Of a stretch of 64,000 nt of DNA, positions 17,986 through 28,467 are shown piece after piece. Position 1 is the first letter of the stretch. Every line of letters begins with the position of its first letter. The translations under genes and the position numbers were made by a program. The stretch spans positions 300,458-364,457 of the forward strand of contig JBMNHB010000001.1 in NCBI GenBank assembly GCA_050950145.1, written 5' to 3'. This stretch comes from Candidatus Dojkabacteria bacterium (GTDB lineage Bacteria; Patescibacteriota; Dojkabacteria; SC72). A model generated the notes under the pieces. That model did not search any database, had not been told where the DNA came from, and was given only the letters and a program-made list of their open reading frames with translations.

Positions 17986-19638
17986 ATGTCAAATGGAAAA
18001 CAAGAAGAAAATACAGGAATGAGTGGGTTTAACAATGTGCTTGATGTTAGACGATTTGTTACTTTAATTGTTTTGGATGGTTTTGGTGTATTTCCTGATG
18101 CTGAGGGAAATGCAGTATGGGCAGCTAAAACTCCCTTTCTAGACACAATATGGACACATGGGAGATCTACTCTTATACATGCAGCAGGTACTCATGTAGG
18201 TTTGCCAGGAGAAGACGCAGGTAATTCTGAGGTAGGACATTTGAATTTAGGTGCAGGTCAGGTGGTATATCAAACACTTCCTAGGATTAATGATGCAATT
18301 AGTGCTCATGAGTTGGATAATAATCCGGTTATTAAGCAGATGTTTTCATATCTTAGGAAAAGTAGAGGTAAACTTCATCTTACAGGAGTACTTAGTCCAG
18401 CAGGTGTACATGGACATATTAAACACCTTTTCTCTTTATTAGATCTCTGCGCTGTTAGTGGTATAGATCCATATATACATGTGATGTTGGATGGTAGAGA
18501 TACTCCTCCCAAAGAGGGACATCTGTATGTAGAGAAATTACAGGCAAAGATTAAGGAAATAGGGAAGGGTAAAATAGCTTCAATAATGGGTAGGTTTTAT
18601 GGTATGGATAGAGATAGTAGGTGGGAAAGAACCAAACTTGCATATGATGCAATGGTTGGTCTCTCTGAGGATACTTTTACTGATCCAGTAGAGGTTGTAC
18701 AGAGGGCTTACAATAAAGGAGAAGATGATCAGTTCTTCAAGCCACGGGTTTGTGTAGATGAAAACTTGAGACCAGTTGGTGCTGTTCAGAATAACGATGC
18801 TATACTTTTCTGGAATTTTAGAGAGGATAGGGCAAGGCAGTTGACAAAGGCTTTTGTCCTTAAAGATTTTCCTCACTTTGTAAGAAGAAATTTCCCAGAG
18901 AAACTATATTTTGCAACTATGACTGGTTATGAAGAGAATCTTCCAGCTAACGTTGTATTTCCACCTTTAAGGATTAAAAAATCTTTGTCGGAGTATCTGT
19001 CAGACAATGGTAAGAAACAGATTCATCTTTCAGAAACAGAGAAATATATGCATGTGACATACTTCTTTAATGGTGGTATTGAACAACCACATGAAGGAGA
19101 AACTTTCTTTAATATTCCATCAAAGAGAGTGGACAACTATGCCTCAGTCCCAGAAATGAGTGCATTAGTTATTACAGAAGAAACGATGAATAGGATAGCA
19201 AATATTGAAAAAAATCCTCTTGACTTTATTCTCCTTAACTTTGCAAATCCAGATATGTTAGGTCATACAGGTAATTTTAGAGCAACCATTAAGGGGAATG
19301 AAATAGTTGATGAGTGTTGTGCAAAGATAGGCAAGGCTACGATAGATGCAGGTGGTTGTTTAATTGTAACAGCAGATCATGGGAACTGCGAGACTATGAT
19401 TAATAGGGCAACAAAAGAGATAGATATTGCACATACTAATAATCCAGTTCCACTAGTCGTTGCAAACAGTTTGAATGAAATAACTCCTCATCAAGGTGTA
19501 CCACAGTTAAAGATTGGAACAGGTCCAAAAGCAAGGGCAACAGGAATTCTTGCAGATGTTGCTCCTACCGTATTAGGTCTTCTAGGGATGGATATTCCAT
19601 CAAGTATGACTGGGATAGACCTAAGGTCTGTTCTATAG
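17986..19638 (+). CDS. gpmI: 2,3-bisphosphoglycerate-independent phosphoglycerate mutase, copy 1
   Basis: 'LIVLDGFG', catalytic-Ser context 'NSEVGHLNLGAG', 'HLTGVLSPAGVHGHIKH', C-terminal 'ADHGNCE'. Confidence 0.85.
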   Translation: MSNGKQEENTGMSGFNNVLDVRRFVTLIVLDGFGVFPDAEGNAVWAAKTPFLDTIWTHGRSTLIHAAGTHVGLPGEDAGNSEVGHLNLGAGQVVYQTLPRINDAISAHELDNNPVIKQMFSYLRKSRGKLHLTGVLSPAGVHGHIKHLFSLLDLCAVSGIDPYIHVMLDGRDTPPKEGHLYVEKLQAKIKEIGKGKIASIMGRFYGMDRDSRWERTKLAYDAMVGLSEDTFTDPVEVVQRAYNKGEDDQFFKPRVCVDENLRPVGAVQNNDAILFWNFREDRARQLTKAFVLKDFPHFVRRNFPEKLYFATMTGYEENLPANVVFPPLRIKKSLSEYLSDNGKKQIHLSETEKYMHVTYFFNGGIEQPHEGETFFNIPSKRVDNYASVPEMSALVITEETMNRIANIEKNPLDFILLNFANPDMLGHTGNFRATIKGNEIVDECCAKIGKATIDAGGCLIVTADHGNCETMINRATKEIDIAHTNNPVPLVVANSLNEITPHQGVPQLKIGTGPKARATGILADVAPTVLGLLGMDIPSSMTGIDLRSVL

Positions 19639-20433
19639 ATAGAAAAGAAAAAGTATTGCTATTCCCAAAACTATCCTATACACACCAAATATAGTTAGCC
19701 ATTGACTTTTCTTTACCATCTTAAGAGAGAGTAGTGTAATAACTCCAAACAGAAGTGTTGATATAATAATTATCAGCATATTAAACAAAACAGGTTCTCC
19801 AACAATCTGTGTAAAACTAGCAACCGTATGATTTTTAATAACTAATAGAACAAAAGTACCTAGCAATACGGGTATGCTTAAGAAGAATGAGAATTTCAAA
19901 GCTACATATTTTTTCATACCCATTAGAATACCTACTATTGTTGTAATACCAGATCTAGATGTTCCAGGTATTAAAGCTAATATTTGTGAACTTCCGACAA
20001 CGAATGCCTGTTTCCATGATAGATCTTCTACTTTTCTCAGCTTCTCTTCTTCATCTTTTGTAAACTTTTTTTCAACTAAAATCATCACAATTCCCCAAAC
20101 AATCAAAGATAGTGCAATTATCCACTCTGCTCTTAATTTTTCTGAAATAAACTTATCAAAGAAAATCCCAGCTATTCCCACAGGGATTGAAGCAACAATA
20201 ATTTTTAAGAAAAATTTAAGTTTTGATTTTGTAAAAAAATCTTTAAAAATCTTACTCCAGAAGAACAGTATAATGGCGAGTGTTGTTCCGAGGTGGAAAG
20301 TGATAAGTAATGATGAGGAGAAATTTAAATTCATTAATTTCCCCAAAAGTAATATATGTGCAGAACTAGATACTGGAAGTAGTTCTGTAATCCCTTGTAT
20401 TATACCAATAATTAAATATTTTAATATTTCCAT
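19633..20433 (-). CDS. uppP: Undecaprenyl-diphosphatase
   Basis: 'IIQGITELLPVSSSAHILL' and 'IPGTSRSGITT' BacA/UppP motifs. 8 TM. Confidence 0.85.
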   Translation of the reverse strand: MEILKYLIIGIIQGITELLPVSSSAHILLLGKLMNLNFSSSLLITFHLGTTLAIILFFWSKIFKDFFTKSKLKFFLKIIVASIPVGIAGIFFDKFISEKLRAEWIIALSLIVWGIVMILVEKKFTKDEEEKLRKVEDLSWKQAFVVGSSQILALIPGTSRSGITTIVGILMGMKKYVALKFSFFLSIPVLLGTFVLLVIKNHTVASFTQIVGEPVLFNMLIIIISTLLFGVITLLSLKMVKKSQWLTIFGVYRIVLGIAILFLFYL

Positions 20434-20439
20434 CCATTT

Positions 20440-21168
20440 ATGATAATATTAAGCAAGATGAGAGTCAAAAAATTTTTAACAATTATTTTTAGTTTTCTGT
20501 TTTTCTTTTTCTTTTCAAGTTCGGCTATTCTTGCAGCTGAACCGTCATTTTCTTTTTTCCCAGCTGGGGGGATAATTATAGATAAATCTAAAGGTTTTTC
20601 TGTTGATGTGTTAATAGATACAGCAGGACAGGAAGTTATGTCTGCAAAGTTTGTTGTTCTTTTTGATCCAACAGTTTTAAGATTAACTAAAGCTGAGAGA
20701 AATAGTACACTCTTTAGTCAGTGGCCAGAGGAGGAATCATCAATAGATAATGATAACGGAGTTGTTATGCTAGGAGGTTTTACACAGAGTGGTACAGGTT
20801 CTCCATATAAAACTTCAGGCAATCCTGACATTATAGCTAGACTTACATTTGAGATTCTTAAGGAGAAAGAGACATATTTAGATTGGGAGTATGATACAAA
20901 TAATGGTGTTTTTGATACCAATATTATGCAAGAGGGTAGTCCTCCTATGAATATTTTGACTAAGAAACCTTCTGCTGTAACATTCCAAATTGGTGGTAGT
21001 GCAGTTCTTAAGCCAGATGTTGCCACAGGTATCTTTGATTCCAAATATCTGATTATAGTCGGTGCTGTTCTTCTACTCTTTGGTGGTTTTATGATATTTA
21101 CTAGACCTAATTTCTACAGGCGAGGTAGAGGTACAGTCGTAGTTATTGGAGATAATGAAAACAGATAA
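20440..21168 (+). CDS. Secreted cohesin-like domain protein with C-terminal TM anchor
   Basis: Signal peptide. 'FSVDVLIDTAGQEVMSAKFVVLFDPTVL' follows the cohesin beta-sandwich pattern. C-terminal hydrophobic helix plus basic tail. Confidence 0.35.
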   Translation: MIILSKMRVKKFLTIIFSFLFFFFFSSSAILAAEPSFSFFPAGGIIIDKSKGFSVDVLIDTAGQEVMSAKFVVLFDPTVLRLTKAERNSTLFSQWPEEESSIDNDNGVVMLGGFTQSGTGSPYKTSGNPDIIARLTFEILKEKETYLDWEYDTNNGVFDTNIMQEGSPPMNILTKKPSAVTFQIGGSAVLKPDVATGIFDSKYLIIVGAVLLLFGGFMIFTRPNFYRRGRGTVVVIGDNENR

Positions 21169-22279
21169 TCTAAAAGTAGCTATTGTTACAGATTCCCTTT
21201 TTAGAATGGCTGGTGGCTCTAAGGTTTTGGAGTGTTTTGCAGAACTCTTCCCAGATGCAGATATATATACTCTCTTTACACTTCCTAAAAAACAGATGGA
21301 GAAGAGTCTTTCTCCTAGTATTCTTTCTCACAAGATATATAGTTCAGGGTTAAACAAGTTTCCTTTTGTACATAAATATTACAGATATACCCTTGCTAAT
21401 TGGCCTTTTACAATAGAGAAGTTTGATTTTTCAGATTATGACTTAGTAATATCTTCTTCTTGGGCAGTAGCACACGGAGTTATAACTCCACTTGATACAG
21501 TACATGTTGCATATGTTCACACACCTATGAGATATATTTGGGATATGTGTGATTTGTATTTTAAAAATAGATTTCCCGAGCCTGCCTATAGAATAGCATC
21601 ACATTTTCTTCGGATCTGGGATACAAGTGCAAGTAGTAGGGCAGATTTTATGATCTCTAATTCTAGATTTGTAGCAAAGAGAATTCAGAAGTATTGGGAT
21701 AGGAATGTAGATGCTGTTATCTATCCACCAGTAAATATGTATAAAGGGGAATTGATAGAAGATAGGGAAGAGTATTTTGTATCAGGTGCCCCATTTGAAC
21801 CTAACAAGGGAGGGGAATTTCTTCTTGAGTGTGCTAAGTGGATAGGGTTTAATTTGAAAGTTATTGGGACAGGTGATTTAAAGAAGAAGTTTGAAAGGAA
21901 GTATAAAGATTGTAAGAATATTGAATTTTTAGGGTGGGTTTCGGAAGAAGAAAAATACGAAATTTTCTCTAAAGCAAAAGGATATATTATGACAGGAATA
22001 GAAGAATTTGGAATATTTCCAGTAGAGGCTATGAGTTGTGGGACACCTGTGTTAGCATATGGTAGTGGAGGAGCATTAGAAACTGTGAAGGAAGGTTTAA
22101 GTGGTATGTTTTTTTATGAGAGAACAACAGAGGGTTTTAAGAAGATATTTGATAAATTCTTAAAATACAGTTGGAATTATGATGAGATAGTTAGAAGTGC
22201 AAGACAGATGAGTGATAAAGAGGGTTTTAAAGAAGAATTTAGAAAGTTCTTAGTTGATAATGGTATTTTAATTAAATAA
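21146..22279 (+). CDS. Family 4 glycosyltransferase (GT-B fold)
   Basis: C-terminal 'EEFGIFPVEAMSCGTPVLAYGSGGALETV' E-x7-E motif region of GT4 enzymes. Confidence 0.75.
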   Translation: MEIMKTDNLKVAIVTDSLFRMAGGSKVLECFAELFPDADIYTLFTLPKKQMEKSLSPSILSHKIYSSGLNKFPFVHKYYRYTLANWPFTIEKFDFSDYDLVISSSWAVAHGVITPLDTVHVAYVHTPMRYIWDMCDLYFKNRFPEPAYRIASHFLRIWDTSASSRADFMISNSRFVAKRIQKYWDRNVDAVIYPPVNMYKGELIEDREEYFVSGAPFEPNKGGEFLLECAKWIGFNLKVIGTGDLKKKFERKYKDCKNIEFLGWVSEEEKYEIFSKAKGYIMTGIEEFGIFPVEAMSCGTPVLAYGSGGALETVKEGLSGMFFYERTTEGFKKIFDKFLKYSWNYDEIVRSARQMSDKEGFKEEFRKFLVDNGILIK

Positions 22280-22297
22280 TTTTATTTTTATATATCT

Positions 22298-22492
22298 ATG
22301 GAGAAAAAAGATAAAGGAAAGATTGGTAAACAACCAATTCCAGTAAATATTAGTGTTTTCTTTATATTAGGTCTTACTTTTTCTCTTCTTTCAATAATGC
22401 CTGATGGAGGGACATATTTGCCAATAGGTTTGGCTTTTTTAGCAATAGGGATAGCAGATCTCTTTGAGCTTAGGAGAAAACAGAAAGAATAA
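22298..22492 (+). CDS. Small two-TM membrane protein (hypothetical)
   Basis: 64-aa ORF with two hydrophobic helices. No antisense gene competes for this span. Confidence 0.3.
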   Translation: MEKKDKGKIGKQPIPVNISVFFILGLTFSLLSIMPDGGTYLPIGLAFLAIGIADLFELRRKQKE

Positions 22493-22535
22493 TTATTGAT
22501 AATAATATTGATATTTGATATTATTTCATACCATA

Positions 22536-22611
22536 TGCCGAGATAGCTCAGTTGGTAGAGCACCTGTCTGAAGAACAGGGTGTCCCCAGTTCAAGTCTGG
22601 GTCTCGGCACC
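22536..22611 (+). tRNA. tRNA-Phe (anticodon GAA), CCA encoded
   Basis: GCCGAGATAGCTCAGTTGGTAGAGCACCTGTCTGAAGAACAGGGTGTCCCCAGTTCAAGTCTGGGTCTCGGCACCA. Loop is CTGAAGA. Confidence 0.9.
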
Positions 22612-22612
22612 A

Positions 22613-22689
22613 TGCGGGAGTAGTTCAGTTGGCTAGAACGACACATTGCCAATGTGTAGGTCGCGGGTTCGACCCCCGTCTCCCGCTCC
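22613..22689 (+). tRNA. tRNA-Gly (anticodon GCC), CCA encoded
   Basis: GCGGGAGTAGTTCAGTTGGCTAGAACGACACATTGCCAATGTGTAGGTCGCGGGTTCGACCCCCGTCTCCCGCTCCA. U73 discriminator. 1 nt after tRNA-Phe. Confidence 0.9.
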
Positions 22690-22696
22690 AAATAGT

Positions 22697-23656
22697 TTAA
22701 TATCTATCCCACCCCTCTGCCATGAAAGAAACGGCAACATTATTTGTATTACTACTACATTGTACAGATATGAAGTCCCAACCATCTATCGTATTTATTC
22801 GGAAATGAGTATAGTAAGTTTGTTTTTTAATCCAATTAGGGTTATCTGCATATTTTTCCAGTTGGACATATTTTAATGCTTCTTTGACAGTATCTTCGTT
22901 TATGGAGTTAGGAGTGCAGGACATTTTCTTTATAAATACATGTGCTCCGAATAATCTTTGGTCATTTTTGGTGAAGAATGCTTCAAGGTCATAACTGTCA
23001 TTAGAGTATGAGAACATAGAAGAAACTGGAGGATCTTTGTAGTCAACTATCGCCTTGCCGTAAATGTTCTGAATAGAAGATATACTTTTCTTTTTAAAAT
23101 CTTCAGCGTTTAGATATGGTTGAAAAGTTTGTGTCTTTACTTGTGGTTTTGCTTCTGTCTTACTTATCTTCTCTTGTTCTGTTGGAGAGTTATTAATGTT
23201 TTTAGTAGATGCGTTATCCTTCATAACATTAGACACGAAAATTCCCACTCCAATGATATGCAATATTATTGATACTATTAAAGCATATCGCAATCGTACC
23301 TTTAATTTTTTGGTATACCAACTTCTAAATGGTGGGAAAGTAACGAGAGCTGATAGAAGAAGAATAATGCCCGAGAAGAAGATTTTTATATTTGTCATTA
23401 ATCCCCCAAGAATAATAATGGATGAAAATAGAAAACCAATGATACATAATATCCAAAAGAGTATTGTAATTGCGAGGCTCTGAGTTTTGTAAGTAGTTTC
23501 CTCTTCTTGTGGTTTTAATATTAAATCTCTTTGTTTTCTTTCTCTATCTTTCTCAAGTTTTTTCTTCTCTTGTAGAAATTCCTCTTTTGTAATAATACCT
23601 TCACTCATTAATTCTTTAAGTTTCTTTGTTTCTTCATTGTAAAAATCTTTATTCAT
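22697..23656 (-). CDS. SHOCT-domain membrane protein with C-terminal extracellular domain (hypothetical)
   Basis: N-terminal 'LKELMSEGIITKEEFLQEKKKL' SHOCT-like motif, multiple TM helices, unassigned C-terminal domain. Confidence 0.45.
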   Translation of the reverse strand: MNKDFYNEETKKLKELMSEGIITKEEFLQEKKKLEKDRERKQRDLILKPQEEETTYKTQSLAITILFWILCIIGFLFSSIIILGGLMTNIKIFFSGIILLLSALVTFPPFRSWYTKKLKVRLRYALIVSIILHIIGVGIFVSNVMKDNASTKNINNSPTEQEKISKTEAKPQVKTQTFQPYLNAEDFKKKSISSIQNIYGKAIVDYKDPPVSSMFSYSNDSYDLEAFFTKNDQRLFGAHVFIKKMSCTPNSINEDTVKEALKYVQLEKYADNPNWIKKQTYYTHFRINTIDGWDFISVQCSSNTNNVAVSFMAEGWDRY

Positions 23657-23767
23657 TATGTAATTTAAAATAACATATTAAATAGTTAATTATACATAAA
23701 ACCATTGTATTGTATAAAAGATAGATAGTCCATATAATTAAATAGTTAATTTAACATTAATAGATAA

Positions 23768-24487
23768 ATGGATTCAAAAGCAGACAAACTTAAAGCACTT
23801 TCCTTACTTAAAAAGGAGGGGAAAATAACAGAAAAAGAGTTTGAGTCAAAAAAGAAAGTTATTTTAAATGGTACTCTATTTAGTAAGATAGGTGATAAGT
23901 ATAACGATATTAAAGATACATACGAAAAGAAGAAAATAGAAAAAAAGAGGATAGAGGAAGAGGCTGCAGAAAAAGAAAGGGAAAGAGTGGATAAAATTTT
24001 AAGTGGTGATATTGAACCAATAGCTGTTTCTTATAACCTAAAGTCGGGTGAAAAATGTTATTACGAGACATCTGCGAAAAGGATGGCAGTAATTCCGAAA
24101 ATGATAGAAACAACAAGTATTAGAACCAAGAAAAAAGGTGTTCTAGGAAGGGCAGTTGTAGGTGGTGTTCTGTTAGGGCCTCTAGGAGCATTGGGAGGTG
24201 CAATGACAGCAGGGAGTAAATCTAGTTCAAATGTTTCCCAAATGACCATTGATAGACTTGAGGAAGTAGATGCTGGTTCAATATTATTAACAAATAAAAG
24301 AGTTATTTTTATTGGTAATGAAATGTTTTCTATCTTAAGAGATGATGTGTTTAATGTCATATCCGAAGGGAATGATAAAGTAGTCATTAAGTATGAAGGT
24401 ATGGGGAAAAATGAGCATTATTTATTGCCTAACAAGGATGCAAGGGAAATAGATTTGTTTTATAGAGGTATTGCAAACTGTAAATAA
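23768..24487 (+). CDS. SHOCT-domain protein with bacterial PH (bPH_2-like) C-terminal domain
   Basis: 'LKALSLLKKEGKITEKEFESKKK' SHOCT-like. C-terminal 'ILLTNKRVIFIGNEMFSI...VVIKYEGMG' resembles bPH domains. Confidence 0.45.
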   Translation: MDSKADKLKALSLLKKEGKITEKEFESKKKVILNGTLFSKIGDKYNDIKDTYEKKKIEKKRIEEEAAEKERERVDKILSGDIEPIAVSYNLKSGEKCYYETSAKRMAVIPKMIETTSIRTKKKGVLGRAVVGGVLLGPLGALGGAMTAGSKSSSNVSQMTIDRLEEVDAGSILLTNKRVIFIGNEMFSILRDDVFNVISEGNDKVVIKYEGMGKNEHYLLPNKDAREIDLFYRGIANCK

Positions 24488-24765
24488 AAAATCTCTCCTT
24501 TGCAAGGACAAGTTTTATTTATACTTCCAAATTATGATTTTTGAATATCTTTACTGATTGTCTTTGCAAAATCCTCGTACCTATTTGTATATTAGGTGAT
24601 TAGTACCTTCAATAATATGGATTTTAGCATTAGAGATGTTGTTTTTTAAATAATGTATAGTTTATCATAGATAACTTACATAACATATAAAATCCTCTTT
24701 CATTTACAAAACAATCTAATATGTGTATATTGAATAGTCATACTTAATATTAGGATTATTCAAAT

Positions 24766-25521
24766 ATGGAAGGAACAAACTCTATACCAAGGAATATTAT
24801 AGTAGAAACACAATCAGGGTTGAATTCCCAAGGACAAAAAGAAACAAAGAGTAAAACTATTAGCACTTTTTGGAAAAAGAATAAAATAGTTATATTGATT
24901 ATATTTTTAGCATTATTCATAGGCTTTCTTTTTGTAATGTTTGGTTACTATCTTGGTAAAAATTCAATGTTAGATAAAATAATCCCTCAATCTATTAGAA
25001 GTGCACTCTTTAAAGGAGGAGTAGATGGAATGGAGCCATACTTAGAAATGATAGAAGGGAGAGAGGAGGTTAAAAGGGAACCAACAGTATGTGATAAAGA
25101 AAGTAAGAAAATATTATCAGTAGTAGATAAGTTTGAAAAACTTCAAAAAGAAAGAAAATCATCTGAGATATTTGATCTCTTTACTGATGCTAAAACTAAT
25201 GAGGAGAAAGAGGAGTATAATAAATTGAAAGATAAGGATGGATTATACATTGGTGCATCTTTGAATTACAAAACAGAGTCATATAGAGTAACAAGTGGAC
25301 CAGTAGAGATAGATGGAAAATGTATTGTAAATGTTGAAGAAAGGAGAAGTTATTCAGATGGCGATAATAGTGAGAAATATCAAGAACCTTTAGGTAGAAG
25401 TTTTGTGTTAGAGTTTAAAAAAGTTAGTGGTAAAAAATGGGTTATCAATCAGTATCAGAGTTTTGAAGCAAATGTTAAGAAAACAAAATACTCGGGTTTT
25501 ACAATGGAAGTTATGAAGTAA
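24766..25521 (+). CDS. Hypothetical membrane-anchored protein
   Basis: 251-aa ORF with a single N-proximal TM helix and protein-like composition. No recognisable domain. Confidence 0.4.
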   Translation: MEGTNSIPRNIIVETQSGLNSQGQKETKSKTISTFWKKNKIVILIIFLALFIGFLFVMFGYYLGKNSMLDKIIPQSIRSALFKGGVDGMEPYLEMIEGREEVKREPTVCDKESKKILSVVDKFEKLQKERKSSEIFDLFTDAKTNEEKEEYNKLKDKDGLYIGASLNYKTESYRVTSGPVEIDGKCIVNVEERRSYSDGDNSEKYQEPLGRSFVLEFKKVSGKKWVINQYQSFEANVKKTKYSGFTMEVMK

Positions 25522-26139
25522 TTATTTAGATATCTCTTTTCTAAATAATTGTAATAGTTTCTCCTTGTTCTTGTATACGAGGTATCCAATAATAGAGAGG
25601 GTTAATATTGTTAGACCTCCATTAATCATATCCATTATTCTCTTAATTTGCTCCCAATTAAAACCAATCTCAGCGCCTAAATATGCAAAACCTAATGCAT
25701 AAATAAATGTGCCAACAAATACTGCGACACAAGCTGCAGGAATATTATATTTTAGATATCCTGCAACAAGAAGAACAGCTACTCTTAATCCTGGTGTAAA
25801 CCTTGTTAAAACAATATATAGAAACCCATGTTTTTTAATATATCTATTACTCTTATTAAAAGCATCCTCACTTATATTCATCCACTTTCCTTTCCCATTA
25901 AGAAATCCAAGAACATCTTTATCTTTAAAGTAGTACCCTATTGCATATGTCCATAGAGCTCCGACCACTTCACCTAATGATGCGACTATAGCTATCTGAA
26001 TAATTTGATCAGGTCTAGTTGCTGCAACCATTGTTATGACAAGTTCTGCTGGTAAGACTCCTACGGCAGAGATAAAAACACCGAGATATCCTAGTCTTCC
26101 CATCCAAAATGTAAGTTTTATTAGTATGTCTGAGATCAC
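25522..26139 (-). CDS. DedA/TVP38 family membrane protein, copy 1
   Basis: 'LGYLGVFISAVGVLPAELV' and 'KHGFLYIVLTRFTPGLRVAVLLVAG' SNARE-associated (DedA) motifs. Confidence 0.7.
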   Translation of the reverse strand: MISDILIKLTFWMGRLGYLGVFISAVGVLPAELVITMVAATRPDQIIQIAIVASLGEVVGALWTYAIGYYFKDKDVLGFLNGKGKWMNISEDAFNKSNRYIKKHGFLYIVLTRFTPGLRVAVLLVAGYLKYNIPAACVAVFVGTFIYALGFAYLGAEIGFNWEQIKRIMDMINGGLTILTLSIIGYLVYKNKEKLLQLFRKEISK

Positions 26140-26201
26140 AATTTACATCATACCATAACTTATACTTTTAAATATGATAATATGGTAACATTTTACAATC
26201 A

Positions 26202-27038
26202 ATGGAAGAAATTATTAAAAGAAAAGCTAATATAAAGGGGACTACAAAGAGTTGGTTCAAAGAAAGATTGGTTAGATTTAAACCTGTTGTTTTTATAAAA
26301 AAGAATCTTCCTATATTTATCTTTATTATTCTTTTTTTTCTCTCTTTATTATTTCGTATCTGGAATATTAAAAAGTATGAGATTTATGATATATCTGGAA
26401 CTCCAGCTGATGAAAATGTAACTAAACTTGTTAGTGATTATTTAGATAAAAATGTTATTGGTAAAAATTTTTTTCTTATCAATTCTGTTAGCTTATCAGA
26501 TGAATTGGTTAAAAATATCTCTTATATAAACTACATAAATATATCTAAACTTGTTCCTAATAAACTAGTTATTATGCTAGACCTTTACTCTCCGAAATTT
26601 GTTACACTAATTGGTACAGAAAAATGTTCTCTTCTCTCTTTAGAGGGTATTGTTCTTGAAGAGCTTTGTTTGGAGTCAGAAGATATTAAGAATTGTTGTA
26701 CCGAATATGTAAAAGATACACCATATTCCTTTTTTAAGTCAGAAGAGATAGATATTTCAGATATTGCTAATGGAAAAAGATCTTTATTAGTAATAGAGAC
26801 TGTTTCAAAAATGATAAAGATGGTTGAATCATTTGGAGTTAGTGTAAAAGAGATATATTTAGACCAGAATGTTATAGATATTATTGATGAAGAAGGTAGG
26901 GTTAATAGGTTTTCATTGTCCGATGATCTTAATGTTCAACTTGCTAGATATTTTGTAGTGATGAGGAAAATTAGACAAGATGAGATGAAATACAGTATTA
27001 TTGATATTAGATTTGAAAGGCCTGTTGTAAAAAATTAA
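26202..27038 (+). CDS. FtsQ/DivIB-like cell division protein (tentative)
   Basis: Short cytoplasmic N-tail, single TM, extracytoplasmic domain. Located immediately upstream of ftsA-ftsZ. No strong sequence motif. Confidence 0.4.
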   Translation: MEEIIKRKANIKGTTKSWFKERLVRFKPVVFIKKNLPIFIFIILFFLSLLFRIWNIKKYEIYDISGTPADENVTKLVSDYLDKNVIGKNFFLINSVSLSDELVKNISYINYINISKLVPNKLVIMLDLYSPKFVTLIGTEKCSLLSLEGIVLEELCLESEDIKNCCTEYVKDTPYSFFKSEEIDISDIANGKRSLLVIETVSKMIKMVESFGVSVKEIYLDQNVIDIIDEEGRVNRFSLSDDLNVQLARYFVVMRKIRQDEMKYSIIDIRFERPVVKN

Positions 27039-27143
27039 GAAGGTCTTGATAATCTATACAATTTTGATTATATTAATATACTGATGTTATAAATCAACAT
27101 CTTTTGTATAATAAATTAAGTAAAATAACTGTCTTAAACACTT

Positions 27144-28442
27144 ATGGCACGAAGAATAATTACAGCAATTGATGTTGGTGGTTTTAAAATTACAACATTG
27201 ATAACTTCAGTTGAAGATGGAAAGAATCCAACGGTAATAGGTGTCTGTGCATATCCAAGTAAAGGTATTAAAAAGGGTGTTGTTGTTAATATTGATGATG
27301 CTACTAGTGCAATATTAGAAAGTGTAACAGCTGCAGAGAGAATGGCTGGAGTTACTGTTTCTGATGCCTTTATTTCAATTAACGGTGAGCAGGTAACGAG
27401 TTTGAATAATAAGGGTGTTGTAGCTGTTGCAGGAAGTGAGATTACAATTGATGATACTTACAGAGCTATTGAGAATGCGAGGACACTTTCTTTACCTGAT
27501 AATCTAAATCCAATCCACATTATACCAAGAGAATTTGTAGTTGATAGTCAGGGAGGAATTAAATATCCAATTGGTATGAGTGGTGGAAGACTTGAAGTTG
27601 AGACCCACATTATTACAGCACCAAACTCTTACTGGCAAAATATTAAAAAATGTGTAGAACAGGTTGGTGCAAATGTCTATGATGTAATTTTTACAGCATG
27701 GGCATCTTCATTAGCAGTTTTAACTGATACTGAAAAAGAATTAGGAGTAACACTTCTGGATATTGGTGCAGGAACAACAGGTATTACAATATTTCAAGAG
27801 GGTTCAATAATATATAGTGGTTGTGTTCCATTGGGTGGAAGTAGCATTACGAGCGATATTGCAATAGGTTTACAGGTTTCATTAGAAGAGGCAGAAAAGA
27901 TTAAAGTAAACATGAATACTCTTTTTGATGTTAAGTATGATGGTAGTAAAACCAAACAAATGGCAAATATTCCAAAAATATTGCAAAAGAAAGAGACAGT
28001 AGCTCCTAAGAAGAAAAAAGAAGCAGATTTAGATCTTAATGCAATTGGAATTGATAAGGTGGTTTCTAAGGATATGTTAGAAAAGATTGTAAATGCTAGA
28101 TGTGAAGAGATATTAGAAATGGTAAGGGATAATATATCTAAAGCAGGATATGATGTTGCTATGCCAGCAGGAGTTGTCTTAACGGGAGGTAGTAGTTTAC
28201 TTAGAGATATCACTAAATTAACACAAGATGTGGTGGGTGTTGCAGCAAGAGTGGGATATCCTTCAGGATTAACAGGTATGACAGAAGAGATTTCAGATCC
28301 TTCATATGCATGTGTACAAGGATTGATAAAACATGCATTAGATGATGATGTTGAGATAAGTAGTGGAAGTGAAAAAAGCAAAGTTGATGTTAAAGGATTC
28401 TTTGGTAAAATAGGAGAATGGTTAAAGTCATTACTGCCATAA
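27144..28442 (+). CDS. ftsA: Cell division protein FtsA
   Basis: Actin-fold ATPase pattern ('IITAIDVGG', 'LDIGAGTTGITIF', 'VVLTGGSS'). Adjacent to ftsZ. Confidence 0.9.
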   Translation: MARRIITAIDVGGFKITTLITSVEDGKNPTVIGVCAYPSKGIKKGVVVNIDDATSAILESVTAAERMAGVTVSDAFISINGEQVTSLNNKGVVAVAGSEITIDDTYRAIENARTLSLPDNLNPIHIIPREFVVDSQGGIKYPIGMSGGRLEVETHIITAPNSYWQNIKKCVEQVGANVYDVIFTAWASSLAVLTDTEKELGVTLLDIGAGTTGITIFQEGSIIYSGCVPLGGSSITSDIAIGLQVSLEEAEKIKVNMNTLFDVKYDGSKTKQMANIPKILQKKETVAPKKKKEADLDLNAIGIDKVVSKDMLEKIVNARCEEILEMVRDNISKAGYDVAMPAGVVLTGGSSLLRDITKLTQDVVGVAARVGYPSGLTGMTEEISDPSYACVQGLIKHALDDDVEISSGSEKSKVDVKGFFGKIGEWLKSLLP

Positions 28443-28467
28443 ATAATTTAAGTTTACAGAGGATAAT

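Noticed and set aside
22646-22876. 76-aa plus-strand ORF starting inside tRNA-Gly(GCC)
   Set aside because: It begins within the tRNA and runs antisense to the SHOCT membrane protein gene. No coding signal.
24488-24765. 280-bp AT-rich intergenic region as possible ncRNA
   Set aside because: No conserved RNA family motifs were recognised (RNase P, SRP, tmRNA, 6S). No stable GC-rich stems. Most likely a promoter or UTR spacer.
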